Shown in pieces: positions 14,630 through 27,515 of a stretch of 64,000 nt of DNA. The notes under the pieces were generated by a model. The model saw only the letters and a program-made list of their open reading frames with translations, had not been told where the DNA came from and did not search any database. The position numbers and the translations under genes were made by a program. Position 1 is the stretch's first letter, and each line of letters opens with the position of its first letter. The DNA is from Scenedesmus sp. PABB004 (Eukaryota). The DNA lies in NCBI GenBank assembly GCA_014905635.1, contig CM026548.1, forward strand, positions 1,302,001-1,366,000, read 5' to 3'.

Positions 14630-17600
14630 ATGATGCGCGCGCGTGGGGCCGCGCGGGTGCTCGCTGTGCTCGCAATCGCGCTGACAGCGTGCTCCTATGC
14701 CTCGGGCGCCACGCTGCGGGTGCGGCGGCCGGCGCGGCGGCGGCAGCGGCCGGCCCGCGCCCGGCCCGCGCCGCGGCCCGCCGCGCCGGCCCCCAAACGC
14801 GCCGCCGCCGGCGCGCAGGTCGCCACGGTCGGCGACTTTGGCGTGAATGACGAGAACGAGGCCAAGGTCGCCACCATGATTGGGAACTGGAAGCCCGACC
14901 ACGTGCTCGCGCTCGGCGGTGCGCGCCGCGCGCCGCGCCCGCGCCGAGCTCGTGCCGCGGCCGCCCGCGCGCCAGCACACGCGCACGCACCGCAACGCAA
15001 CACGCACGCGCGCGCGCGCGCGCACGCGCCCGCGACGCAGACAACAACTACGACGTCGGCGCCGCGGCGACCATCGACGCCAACGTGGGCAAGTTCTACG
15101 CGTCCTTCATCTCGCCATACACCGGCAACTACGGCCCCGGCGCGCCCGGCGGCGTCAACCGCTTCTGGCCGATCCTTGGCAACCACGACGTGCGCCGCGC
15201 GCACGCGCCGCGCACTCGCCGCGCACTCGCCGCGCCGCGCCGCGCCGCGCACCGCCGCGCACTCGCCGCCCTCGCGCCACCCGCCGCCGCGCCCCCCGCG
15301 CCCCCGCCGCGGCGCAGTGGGGCAACACCTGCGGCGACCAGAAGTCCGGCTGCGCGGCCGGCGTCAACTGCTTCGGCGGCGACACCGCCGGCTATGCTGC
15401 CTACATGCCTATTCAGGGCAAACGCTACTACTCCCAGCTCCTGGGTGCGCGGGCCGCCGCCCTGAGCGCCGCGATTCACGCCTCGCCGCGCCGCGCTGCG
15501 CCCCGCCGCACTGCCGCCCACGCCCCGCCGCGCCGCACCGCACCCCCGCCGACGCACCAGGCGCCGACGGGCTGCTGGAGATTTTCGCGCTCGACTCTGA
15601 TTGCAACGAACCTGACGGCACGGGCGCCGACTCGGCGCAGGCCACGTGGCTGCGCGGCGCGCTCGCGGCCAGCAAGGCGGCGTGGTGCGGCGCGCGCGGG
15701 CGGGCTCCGCTCCCCCTGTCCGTCCCCGTCGTTCGCCGTCGCTCGCCGTCGCCCGCCCTGACCCTCCCCCCCCCCCCGCCCCGCCATCTTCCTGCCCGCA
15801 GGAAGTTTGTGCTGCTGCACCACGCGCCGTTCAGCAGCTCCAGCGGCCACGGCTCGATTAACCGGTGCGCGCGTGCGCAGCCTCGCGCCACACGACGCGC
15901 CGCGCCGCCGCTGCGCCGCGCCCGCCGCCGCGCGGGCCGCTGACGGGGTGCCGCCGCGCCGCCGCCCGCGCCGCCGCCGCGCCCGCGAGCGCAGCGTGCA
16001 GTGGCCGTACGCCGAGTGGGGCGCCGACGCGGTGTTCTCGGGGCACGACCACGTGAGCGTTGTTTTGCGTGCTTTGAGCCGCGCTGCCCTCGGACCCACC
16101 CCCACGCCAACCCACCCTCCACACTCACACACTCACACACACCACACACGCGCGCCCGCCCCGCCTCTCCAGCTGTACGAGCGCGTCCTGCAGGGCGGGG
16201 GGTTCCCCTATTTCGTCAACGGCGCCGGCGGCCGCGGGCTCAACGCCTTCCTGCCCAACCCAGTGGCGGGTGCGCGCCGCCGCCCGGCCAGCCGCGCCGC
16301 GCGCTGCGTGTCGCGCCGCGCGCGCCCAGCCCAGCCCGCCGCCACCCCGCGCCGTCGCCGCCCGTGCCGCCGCCGCGCGCGCGCAGGCAGCGCGGCGCGT
16401 TACGCAGAGGAGCACGGCGCGCAGCTGATCACGCTCAACGCGACGCGCGTCGAGCTTGCGTTCTGGGCGACGACCTACCCCGGCCCGAGCCTCATCGACT
16501 GCTACGCCATCACCCGGCCGGCCCCCGGCGCCGCGCCGTCGTACGGCACGTGCGCGGCGGCGGACGGGCCCGGGCCCTCGCCGGCGCCGGCGCCGGGGCC
16601 GGCGCCGGGGCCGTCGCCGTCGCCGTCGCCGGCGCCGGGGCCGACGCCGCCGCCGCTGCTCTACTCGCTGCTGACCGGCGCGGCGGCGCCGCCCGGCGCG
16701 CCCGGCGGCGCGACGCGCGTCGCGTGGCGGTGGCGGTCGCAGCTGTCGGCGCTGCCCGACGGCTGGCAGGCGCCGGGCTTTGCCGCGGGGCGGGGCTGGC
16801 GCAGCGCGCGCGCGTCGTTAGGGTACGGCCCGGACCAGCCCTGGATCACGCGCCTGCCCAGCGCGGACGCCGCGTTGCACCACTACTTCCGGACCAGCTT
16901 TTGCCTCGGGCCGGACCGCGCCGCCGCCGCGGCGCGCGCGGGCGTCGTGCTGCGCGTGCTGGCCGACAACGGCGCGGACGTGTGGGTCAACGGCGCGCGC
17001 GTGCTGTCCGACGGCGGGGCGAACCACGACCCCGCCTACTGGAACAACGAACTCACCCTGCAGGCGGACGCGCTCGTCGCCGGTGCGTGCGCGCCGCGCC
17101 GCGGCACGGCACTGTGCGGGCGGGGCGCCGCGCCGGCGGGCCGGCGCTGCGCAGCCAACGCGTGCGCCGCCGCGCGCAACGCCCGACGCGCGCGCCGCCG
17201 TGGCCGCCGCGACCGCTGCCGCAGGCGCAAACACGATCGCCGTGCACGTGAGCAACACGCCGGGCTCATCGGACGCTGGCTTTGACCTGGACCTGCTGAC
17301 CTATGCTGAGAGCGCGCTCGGCGAGCCGCCCGCGGCGCCGCGCCTCGGCCACACCGTGCTCACCGGCTCCCCCGCCACGCCGGCGACGGTGCGCCTCAGC
17401 TGGGCGCCGCCGGCGTGCGGCGGCGGCGACGCGGTGAATGCGCTGGTGAGCCGGTATCGCGTGAGCATCACGCCCGGGGGGCGGACCGTCAACGTCAAGG
17501 TCAACAACCCATTCGCGAGCCTCGCCCGCCTCGTCACGGGGCTCGCGTCCTGCACCGAGTACACCTTCAGTGTGGTCGCCTTGATCGGCAGCGTCGCGGG

Positions 17601-17640
17601 CGAGGCCGCGAGCGTTACCTTGAAGACCCCGGGCTGCTGA
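14630..17640 (+). CDS. Secreted calcineurin-like metallophosphoesterase (PAP/ACP5-like) + Pro/Ser linker + galactose-binding-like beta-sandwich + FN3 domain
   Basis: Signal peptide; all five metal-binding motifs (GDFG, G|DNNY, GNHD, LLHHAPFSS, FSGHDH); (GP/SP/AP)n linker; LGYG...YFRTSF...LRVLADNGADVWVNG; C-terminal VRLSWAPP...YRV...VTGLASCTEYTFSVVA. Confidence 0.8.
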
Positions 17641-17990
17641 CAGGGGCGCGGGGCTGGCGCTGGGCACCGTTTTATGCTGTCTGCTCCGGCGCCGAGGCGC
17701 CTGCGCACGTGCATCAAGCCATGACCTATCTCGCTGCGCTGACTCCGGGCTGCGCCCCGCATCCTTTCCTTTTTGCACACGCGCGCGCGCGCGCTGAACA
17801 GTTGGGGGAGAGCTTGGCGGCAAGGGGAGGGGGGCTTGGCAGGGCCTTGGATTGATTTGACAGCGTCACGGGACGCTCTGCTGCGAGGGGCGTTGCGCGC
17901 GCGCTGTGCCGCAGTGCTGGCGCTGGCGTGCTGTTCTTGTTTGATCTCTAGACCGCGCTTCCTCTGTCTCTTCCTCTGGTCAACCCTCTG

Positions 17991-20217
17991 TCACACCGCG
18001 CCGGCCTCGCCGCCGCCGCCCACGCCGCCGCCGCCGCCCGGCTGCTGCGCCGCGCCCGCCGCGTCCGGCTCGCCCCCGCCGCCGGCGCCGCCCTCGAGCG
18101 CCCGCTCGCCCGCGTCCGCCGGCAGCGCCGCGCCGCGCGCGTCCTCGCCGCCCCCGGTTCCGCCGCCGCCGCCGCCGCCGCCGCGGGCGCGGCCGCACGG
18201 CCCCGCGCCGCCGCGCGGCGGGCGCAGGCGCGGGCCGCTGCTGAGGAACGCGGCGCTGAGGCGCGGGCCCCAGCCGCACGTCGCGTTGGCCAGGGCGTCC
18301 ATGTAGTCAAAGAAGGCCCAGTCCTTGACGTTGCCCGCGCCGCTGCCGCGCGTGCGCTTGGCGCCAAACTCGGCCCGCGACTTGAGCACATAGTGGTGCA
18401 GCACCAGCTGCGCGCGCGCGGGGCGGCGGCGGCGGCGGCGGCGTGGGCGCGGCGGGGCGCGCATGGTGGGCGTGGGTGCGGCGGCGTGGGCGTGGTGGCT
18501 GCGTGCGCGTCTGGGCGCGAGCGTGCGGGCGCGATCGGCGGCGGCGGCGCGCGCCTTGTGCCACTTGGCGGTCGGCGTCTTGGGTCCGGTGAAGGGCACG
18601 CCGTCGACGTCCACCACGACGCGCCCCCTGCGCGGCAGCACCTCGTGCGGCGTGCCGCCCAGGCCCAGCACGGCGCCGGTGTTGGCGATCATCTGAATGC
18701 AGCCGTGGGCGGGTGGGCGGGGCGGGGCAGGGAGCGTCGGCGGGGCGAGGCGGGGCGGCGCGCGGCACCTCTCGCGCGCGCGTGTGCGCGTCACCGCGCC
18801 GCCGGCCGCCGCGCCGCGCACCTTGACGTGCGTGCTCTCCCAGTGGCCGCGCGGCACGCACGCGGTGTAGCTGGCGAGGGGGCCGCCCGGCGGGCGCTCG
18901 GCGAGGCCGCCGCTGCCAAAGAGCACCCAGTTGACGCCCAGCGCCGCGTAGTACTCGTAGCGGGAGAGGAAGGCGCCCAGGCTCGCCCGCGAGCGCCGCC
19001 CCCGCGCGAGGCCCTCGCCGCCCGGCGCGCCGTCGGCGCCGCCGCCGTCGGCGCGCGGCGCGTCCCACGGCTGCTGCTGCCGCGCCTGCCCGCCCTGCTG
19101 CTGCTGCTCCCCCGCCCCGCCCCCCTGCCCCGCCGCCGGCTGCTCCCCCGGCTGCCACCGCGCGTCGCCCTCGCCGCCGCCTGGCTGGCCTCCTTCCTCA
19201 GCGCCAGGCGGCGGGAAGACCAGAAACTCGTCCACATCGATGAATGCGATCCACCGGTGCAGCCGGAAGTGGGAGAGCAGGCAGCCGGTGTAGGCGGCGT
19301 ACTGGTTGGTGTCGTGGAAGTCGGGCCGCCGCCGCGGGCGGCCTGCGCGGCGCGGCGCGGCGCGGCGCGGCGCGGTCGGCGCGCGCTGCGACGGCGGCCG
19401 CGCGCGCACATTCTGTTGCTCGCCAGCCCCCGCCCCGCGCCGCCGTTGCGCCCCGCGCTGCCACTACCACTGCCGCCGCCGCCGCGTCGGCGCGTGGTGC
19501 GTGCCGCGTCGGCGCCGCACCCCTGAAGTAGTGGTAGTCCACGACGCCCTCCTCAATCAGGTCCCACAGCCCCAGCAGCGCGGGCGAGGTGGAGTTGTTG
19601 TCGTAGATGTAAAACTTGCTCACGCCCAGCCACCTGGCGGGGCGGCGAGGCGTGCGGCGTGCGGCGGCAGCGCGCGCGCGTACGGGTGCGTCCATACACG
19701 CGCGGCCGTGCGCCGCCTGCCCTGCCCTGCCCTGCAGTGCCCACCGCGGCGCGGCCCGGCGCGGCGCGGCGCGGCGCGGCGCGCGCCTGTGATACTCTAT
19801 CCAGTAGCGCAGGTCGCGCCCCTGGTCCTTGACGACCGCGCACACGGCGACGTAGCCCTGCGGCCACTTGGTCGCGAGCGCGTGGAGCAGGTCGGACTCG
19901 GTCGGCGCCGCGCCTGCGCCGGGGCCCGCGGGGCCGCCGGGCCCGGCGCCGGCGGAGCCGTTGGCGGCGGCCTTGGCGGAGATGAGGGCGTGGAGGTCCT
20001 GGTGGTGGTGGCGCTGCAGCGCCGCGAGCATCGCGGCCTGCTGCTCAACGAGGTGCGCCGGCAGGAACGCGTGCAGCGCGCCGGCGACGCCGCCGCCCGC
20101 GGCGGCCGCGCCGTGCGCCGGCGCGGCGCCCGCGCGCAGCGGCGCGAGCGCGGCCGCCGCCGCGGCGACGAGCAGCGCCGCCGCCGCCGCCGCCGCCGCC
20201 CGGCGCCGCGGCCGCAT
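17991..20217 (-). CDS. Glycosyltransferase family 92 (DUF23) protein
   Basis: N-terminal anchor; YVAVCAVVKDQGRDLRYWIEYHR|WLGVSKFYIYDNNS; QYAAYTGCL...WIAFIDVDEFLV; LGVNWVLFGSGG; LHHYVLKSRAEF. Confidence 0.85.
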
Positions 20218-20876
20218 CGCCGGGGAGGGGCGCGCGCGTCGCCGCCGCTGCCTGCTGCAGCAGCGCGCTGCTGTCGGTTGGCGGTTGCCGCCGCCGCTGC
20301 GGGTCAGCGGCCCGCGGCTGGGGGAACCATGCGGCACGAGGAGCTCCTCGCAAGCGGCCTGGCCGGGCGGCCGGGGGCGCGCCGCCGGCGGCGCGGGCAG
20401 CCGCGCGCTTGACGACGGCGGCGCTGCTGCTGCCAGGCGGCTGGCCGTCCGGCGGCTGGCAGGCGGTGCCGGGACGGATGGCGCGTGTGGTGCGCGTGCT
20501 CCCGGGACGGCTGGCGCTGCGAAAGGGCGGGCCTGGGGCACGGGCCGGCGCTGCTGCGCTGCGGCGTGCGGAGCTGCGGCGGGTCTGCGGCAGCGTGGGT
20601 TGCGCCGCTGGTGTCGGGCGGCTGTCTGTGTTGGGCTCTCCCACCGCACTCAGGACGCGACGCGCCCGCGGTTGAGGGCGGCGGTGCGGCGGCGCAGCGC
20701 GCGCGGGCGCCGGCGACCCAGCGTCAGCCACGCCGCGCTCCACACCCGTCACACCGCTTAGCGCCCGCAGCCCGAGCCCCTCGACAGCCGGCGGCGCCGC
20801 GGTCGAGTCCGCCGCGCCGCGCCGCGCAGCAGTAGCGGAGGGCCGGCCGCGCCGGCGGCGGCCCGGGAGCGACGCC

Positions 20877-23406
20877 ATGGCGGTCCGGCTCAACGTCATA
20901 ACCGCGGGCCAGCTGGAGGCCATCCGCGCCAAGCTCGTGCGCGCGCGCCGCCGGCCGCGGCGGCGCTGCTCGCGCCGCGCCCGCGCCGCGCCCGCGCCGC
21001 GCCGTGCGCGCGCCCGCGCCCGCGTGTAACGCCCCCCGCGCCCCCAGTTGAAGGCCCCGGACGAGGCGGCGCGCGGCAAGGAGGACGAACGGCTGCGCCT
21101 CAAGGCGCTCAGCGAGGCGCGCCGCGCCGCAGGGCGCTCTCGCGCGGCGGCCCGCAACGCGCCCGCGCCCGCCCGCGCCTCACGCCCGCGCGCGCAGGCC
21201 GCCAGGGCGCAGGCCGCGCGGGAGCGCAAGGCGCGGGCGAAGGCGGAGAAGCTGGAGGCGGAGGAGGCCGCGCGCGAGGAGGCACGCGCCCGCCGCCGCG
21301 CCGCTGCGCCCGCGCCGGCGCAGCAGCGCCAGCGAGAGCAACCGTGGCAGCGCGGCGCCAGCGACGGCAGCGGCTGACGGCCGCCCGCCGCCGCAGGCGG
21401 ACCGCGCGGAGGCGCTCGTGCGCGCGGACGCGCGGCGCCTCGCGCTCGAGCGCGCCAACAAGATGCTCCACGACGACACCGACGACGTGCGCGCGCTGCA
21501 CAGCAAGCTGCTGCTCTCCGAGGTGCGCGCGTGCGGCGCGCGCCGGGCGGCAGGCGGCGCCGCGCGCGGCCGCCGGCGGCCGAGCTGCCGCGCCCGCCCG
21601 CTCGGCGCAGGTCCTGGCGGAGAACCAGGCGCTGGTGGAGCACAAGCAGCGCGTCGCGGCGCTCAAGGCCGAGCAGGAGGCGGTGTTCGTGCAGCGGCAG
21701 CGCGCCGCACTCGAGGTGCGGCGGCGGCAGCGCGGCGGCAGGCGCGCGCCCAGGGCGCACTGCTGCCGGCCCGACCCCTCGCCCCCGCGGCCGGCCGGCA
21801 GGCGGCCGAGGCAGCCGAGCGTGCCAAGCTCGCGGCGGCCAAGGACGCGGCGCTGGCGCAGAAGGCGGTCCAGATGCAGCAGCTGGAGCAGCTCAAGGCG
21901 CGCATCCTGCAAGAGCGGTGCGGGCAGGCGGCGGCAGGCGGCGGCGGCGGCGGCGCGGGCTGTGCTGCCTGCAGGCAGCAGGCAGCACAGCTGGCAGCAC
22001 AGCTGGCTCACGCGCCACGTGCGCGCGCGCAGGGCGGCGGGCAAGGCGGAGGGCGCGCTCGTGCGGCGCAAGGCGGGCGAGGAGGCAGCGCAGCTCGCGG
22101 CCAAGGAGGCGGCGGCGCGCGCGGCGGCGCGCGCGATGACCGCGGCGACGCAGGCCTCAAACGACACGCTGCTCGCGTTCAGGGCCGCGGAGCGCGAGCG
22201 CGACAAGCAGCTGGGCGAGGCCGTCGAGGGTGCGCGGCGGCGCTGGGCGGCGGCGCCCGCGCGCCTGCCGCGGCCCGCGCCGCGCTGACCGGCCGCGCCG
22301 ACCGGCCGCCGCCTCCGCGTCAGCCTTCTGCCGGCAGAAGGCCGAGACGGACGCGCAGTGCGCGGCGGCCAAGGCGGCGGCCGAGGCGACCAAGGAGGCG
22401 CGGCGCAAGGTGCGGCCGGGCGGCGGGCTGCGCCGCGCGCGCGCCGGCCGCACGCCCCGGCGCAGGGACGGGCTTGCCCGCACGCGGCGGCTGCGGCGCG
22501 CTGAGGGCCCACGCCGCGCGTGCTCTGCCCCGCCCCCGCCGCTCCAGGCGATGCGGGAGGTGATGGAGGAAAACTACTGCCGCTGGCACACCGCCACGGA
22601 GCAGGCGGTCGCGGCCGACGTGGCCGCGGCGGAGGCCAAGGCCGACGCCGACGCCGAGGCGCAGCGCCGCAGGCGCGGCGGGGGCGGCGGCTGGCTCGCG
22701 GGGGCGCGCGCAGGCAGGCCGCGCACGCGGTATGGCGCTGCGCCGGTCGGCGCTGAGCCGCCGCGCCGCGCCGCTCCGCGCCGTCCAGGCGCGAGGAGCA
22801 GCTCGCGGCGGCGCACCGCAGCAACCAGCAGCAGCTCGCGCGCAAGGCGGCGGCCAAGGCGGACGCGCGCGCGGCGGACGCGGCGTTCCAGGTCGCGTGG
22901 GCGCAGCGCCTTGCCGAGCTCAGGCGGGAGGAGGAGGCGGAGGTCGCGGACGCCCGGGCGCGCGCGCTGAAGGTGCAGGAGTTCCAGCAGTGGCAGGCGG
23001 CGCGGGCGGCCGCCAAGAAGCAGGCCGCGGGCGTGGCGCACGCGCAGGTGCGCCGCCGCCGCGGGCGGGGGCTGCTGGCGGCCGCCGAGCCAGGCCGCTG
23101 ACCGCCGCGCCGCGCGCCGACTTGCAGGACGCGCTCATGGCGCAGACGGCGGTGGCGGAGGCGGACGAGAAGCTGGCGCGCTACGGCCGCCTCCTCGCCG
23201 ACGAGGCGGTGGCGCGCGGCCTGGACCGCCGCCCGCTCGCCAAGCACGTCGCGCGCGCGCGCCAAGGCGCGCGCCGCGCTCACGCCCAGCATGTGACGCG
23301 CCTGGCCCGCGCCGGAGCAGCGTCGCAGCGCGCCTGTGCGCCAGCAGGGAGCAGCAGCAGCAGGGAGGGGCAGCGGCAGCAGCAGGCGAGCGCGCGGGCG
23401 GCGTGA
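20877..23406 (+). CDS. Trichohyalin-plectin-homology coiled-coil protein, CFAP210/CCDC173-like; 3' end uncertain
   Basis: ERANKMLHDDTDDVRALHSKLLLSE|VLAENQ resembles the conserved CFAP210 segment (ANK+L++.TD.V+..HS.+L+S+V). The remainder is E/A/R/K-rich coiled coil over many short exons. Confidence 0.65.
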
Positions 23407-23727
23407 GCGGCGAGGCCCTCGGTGACGGCGGCGAGCAGCGGCGCCGCGCCGGTGACGGCGGCGGCCGGCGCGCGGTTGTGGTCGGGCGATGGAGCAACCT
23501 GTCGGCGTGAGCGTGGCTCGCTGCTCGCCTGCGCGATCGCGCGTTCGGCACTCGGCGGACCACGTGTTCTTTGTCAGGCCCGGGTGCGCAGCCGTCGCCC
23601 GGGCCCGTGGCCGCCAGACAGCGCCGATCGGATCAGTGCGCGCTCATCCCGCCGCCCGCCAACGTCGCCCGGCGGCCAGGGCCGCAGCAGCAGCGCCCTC
23701 GCGGCCCGGACCGCGACGCCAGGCAGG

Positions 23728-26659
23728 ATGGGCTTCTCACTCGCGATCGATCGGTGCGCCGGGATGCCCGGAGCGCTCGCCCGCGACCCGCGTCCGGGCT
23801 CCCGGGCCTGCAGCGGCGGCGGGCGCCGGCAGCAGCAGCAGCGGCGCTCCCGGCGCGCGCGCCGCGCCGCCGGGCCGCCGCCGGGCCTCGCGGCGGCGCC
23901 GGCGGCAGCTTCAGACGCGGGCCCCACCGCGCTACGGCGCACCCCGCCGCGGCGCGCCGGGGCCGACAACCCTAGCCCACACTCACCGCCCGGCGCCGCT
24001 GCTCCTGCTCGCCGCCGCTCGCCGCCGCGCGCAGGCACTTCAAGGTCACGGAGCGCGGCTCCACGATCGGCACCGAGGTCAAGGCCGGCATCGCGACCTT
24101 CCTGACCATGTCCTACATCCTCCTGGTCAACCCCAAGATCCTCGGCGTCGCGGGTGCGCTGCTGTCGAGGCGCCGCGCACGGCGCCGGCGGCGCGCGGCC
24201 AGCAGCGCGTGCGCGCGCGGGCCGGCCGGCCGGCGGCCGCCGCTGCCCGTGCGCCCCCAGCCAACGCCGCGCCCTCACGCCGCGCCCTCGCGCTGCCGCG
24301 CCAGGCCTGCCGGTCAAGGCGGTCGTGACGGCGACCGCGCTCTCGTCGACGGCCGCGTCGCTGCTGACCGGCATCTTTGCCAACATGCCCGTCGGCCTCA
24401 GCCCTGGCATGGGACTCAACGCATACCTCGTCTTCAGCCAGGCGCGTGCGTGGGCGGCTTGGGCGCCCGCACGGCGGACAGGGGCGAGGGGCGGCCGCCA
24501 CGCGCGTGCGCGGGGTGGGAGGCGGGAGGCCGCACCCACGCCCACGCGCCGCCGCGCCGCCGTGCCGCCGCGCCGCCGCAGGTGCTGGGCCTGGGCGTGA
24601 GCGTCGAGCGCGCGCTCGCGGGCTGCTTTGTCGCGGCGGGCATCATCGGCGTGCTCGCCCTCATACGCGCGCTGGACCTCATCCTCAGCGTCGTGCCAGA
24701 CTCCATCAAGCTCGCGACGGTGAGGCAGCCGCAGGGTTTGGGGTTTAGGGTTCAGGGTCTCGCCGCCCCGCCTCGCGCCGCCCGCGCTCCCGCGAACACG
24801 TCCTCACGCCGCGCCGCGCCCTCCTGCGCGTCGCCGCAGGTCGTGGGCATGGGCCTGCTGCTGACCTTTATCGCGCTGCAGACCGCCAAGATCGTGGTGC
24901 CCGACCAGGAGACCATGGTGACCATGGGGAACCTGCTCGGCCTCGAGCCGCTGCTCGCGATCGGCGGCCTCGCCGTCATCGCGGCGCTGCACTTCAGGCG
25001 CGCGGAGCAGCCCCCGGCGGCCGCGCGGCGCGGCGCGGGCGCGGCGGCGCTGGTCCGCGTCGCGCTCTCTCCCTCCCTCGCCCTCGCTCCCGCGCCCGCG
25101 CCCGCACCCCTGCCCCCGCCGACGCCCCCTCCCGCGCCGCCGCCGCCGCCGCCGCCCTTCCACCTAAACCCTGATCGCCCTGAACCTCCCCGCAGGAACG
25201 TCAAGGGCAGCATCATCATCGGCATTGTCATCACCGCCCTCGCCTACTGCGCCGCCAAGCACACCTGGCCCACCAGGTGTGCACGCGCGCGCCGCATGCC
25301 GCGGGACGCCGCAGCAGCGGCCTCGCCCGGTCCGCCCGCGCGCCGCCGCTCCCACGCGCTCACGCGCTCGCACTCCCTCACGCACTCCGCTCACACCCTC
25401 TCTCCAGCTTCATCGCGCTGCCGCACCTCGTGTTCTTCAAGCTCGACTTCACCGACCTCTTCGGCCCCGACGCCACCGCCTCGGCCTGGTGCGCGCGGCC
25501 GCCGCGCGCCGCGCCGCCGCGCGCGCGCTCGCAGCCCCTCGCCGCCCGCCCGCCTCCCCCGCATCCTCCCAAAACCTCTCAACCCCTACACCCCTGAACC
25601 GCCCGCCCCGCCGCGCGGCGCGCAGGTCGGCGGTGCTGGCCTACACGCTCGTCATGGCCTTTGACATCGGCGGCGCAATGTTTGGGCTCTGCAACCTCGC
25701 CGGCCTCGTGCAGGGCGGCCGCGTGCCGGGGTCGGTCTTCACCTACGCCTGCGCCGCGCTCGGGACGGCGCTCGGCGCGGTGACGGGGACCACGCCGCTC
25801 ATCATCGCCGCCGAGAGCGCGGTCGGCATCAAGGAGGGCGGCCGCACGGGGCTCGTGTCGGTCACCATCGCCGGCTGCTTCCTGCTCTCCATCTTTCTCG
25901 CCCCCCTGCTGCAGGTGCGCGCGCACTGCCGCCGCGCAGGCGCCGCGCGCGCGCCGCAGGCGCCGCCGCCGCACGGGCGCAGCGCGCAGCGCGCGGCTCG
26001 CAGGCGCGCCCGGGGCCGCGCCGCGCGCCGCGCGACCCCGCCGCCGCGCGCCGCCGCCGGGGGCGCGTCGCCGCGCCGCGGCTCCGCAGGACATCCCCCA
26101 GGTCGCGACGGCGCCGGTGCTGGTGCTCGTGGGCGCGATGATGATGGGCGAGTCGACGCACATCGACTGGAGCAGCATGATGACGGCGGTGCCCGCCTTC
26201 CTCACGATTGTCATTCAGCCCTTTACCTTTTCCATTGCCAACGGCATCTACGCCGGCCTCGCGATGACTGCGCTGCTCTGGATCCTCACGGGCGCCTTCC
26301 TGCAGCACGTGCCGTGGCTCGCCGCGCGCTTTGGCCCCGGCGCGGGCGAGCGCGACGACCTCGCCGCCGGCGGCTGGGACGCGCTCGCCGACGGGATCGA
26401 GTCCCAGAACAGCGGCCCGAGCGCGGCGTGGGCCGCGGCTGGCGGCGGCGGCGCCGCCGCGGGCGCCGGCGGCGTCGGGGGCATCCCAATCGCTTCGAGC
26501 CCCGGCGGCGCGCGGCGCCGCGTCGCCGCGCGCGGCGTGCCCGCCGCGGGCAGCTACCAGCGCGGGAGCTTCTCCATGCTCATTAACACCTTTGGCAGCC
26601 AGACCAGCCCGGGCGCCCTGCTCGGCAGCGCGATGCACTCGGAGGAGCCCGAGCACTGA
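23728..26659 (+). CDS. AzgA-like (NCS2 superfamily) purine/nucleobase permease
   Basis: HFKVTERGSTIGTEVKAGIATFLTMSYILLVNPKIL; ANMPVGLSPGMGLNAY; ESAVGIKEGGRTGL; ATAPVLVLVGAMM; PAFLTIVIQPFTFSIANGI. Confidence 0.92.
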
Positions 26660-27042
26660 CTGTGCCGGGCGGGCGGGCGGGCGCGGCGGGCGCGGGCTGG
26701 CAGGCAGGGTCCGGGCGGGGGCAGGCGGGCGGGTGACCGTCAGGGGGCGCCGGCGCTCGGCGGCGCGCGCGCTCAGCACGGACGCGCGCGGGGAGCGGGC
26801 GGCGGCGGCGCGCACGGCAGCGGGGGGTGTTTCTAACGTTCCAAATGGCGCCGGCCTGTGCCGAGGCGCGCGTGTGCATGCGGGGGGTGGGCAAACGGGT
26901 GTGTGCGCAGGATTTGCGGTGATCAAAGCGCCGCGTCGTCGCTTTGCGCGGGCGGCTCGCAGCCGCCTGCTGCGACGCGCCCCGAGGCTGCTGCGCTGAC
27001 TGGCGGCAGGCGCGGGCGCGCTGGCCGACCGATCGGGCGCTG

Positions 27043-27112
27043 GGACGGGGGGCGGCTGCAATCACCTTCGACACACAGGACGGGGGGCGGCTGCAATCAC
27101 CTTCGACACACA
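27043..27112. repeat. Perfect 35-bp tandem duplication between two convergent genes
   Basis: ggacggggggcggctgcaatcaccttcgacacaca present twice. Confidence 0.9.
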
Positions 27113-27515
27113 CACCCCAGCGCGTCGCTGCGCGCACGCGCGTGCGTTCGTGGGCGCGAGGGGGCAAGTGAAATCAGGCGGCCCGCGCACGCGCGCGGGG
27201 CACACCCCAGCGCCCCGTCGCACGATGGATGCCCCAGAGCCCAGCGCCGCCCGCCGCCGCCAGCACCGGCCCGACCGATCGCCGCTTGACGACGCGCGCG
27301 CCGCCAAACAGAAAGAGACAGACGTCCAAATCGCCGAGACACAACATCACCACCAAGCCCACCACCCACCACGCCCGCGCACCAGCGGCAAGCCACAGCC
27401 TGGTTGTTTCGTGCAGCCCCATTCGTCCCATCTCTCCCCCCCCCCCACCACCACCGCGCCCTCCCGGTTACGTTTTTCGTTCGCCGTGCCCGCGCCCGGG
27501 CGCGCGCGCGCCGCG

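Noticed and set aside
27043..27112. CRISPR array
   Set aside because: Only two abutting units, no spacers, no cas genes, eukaryotic context.
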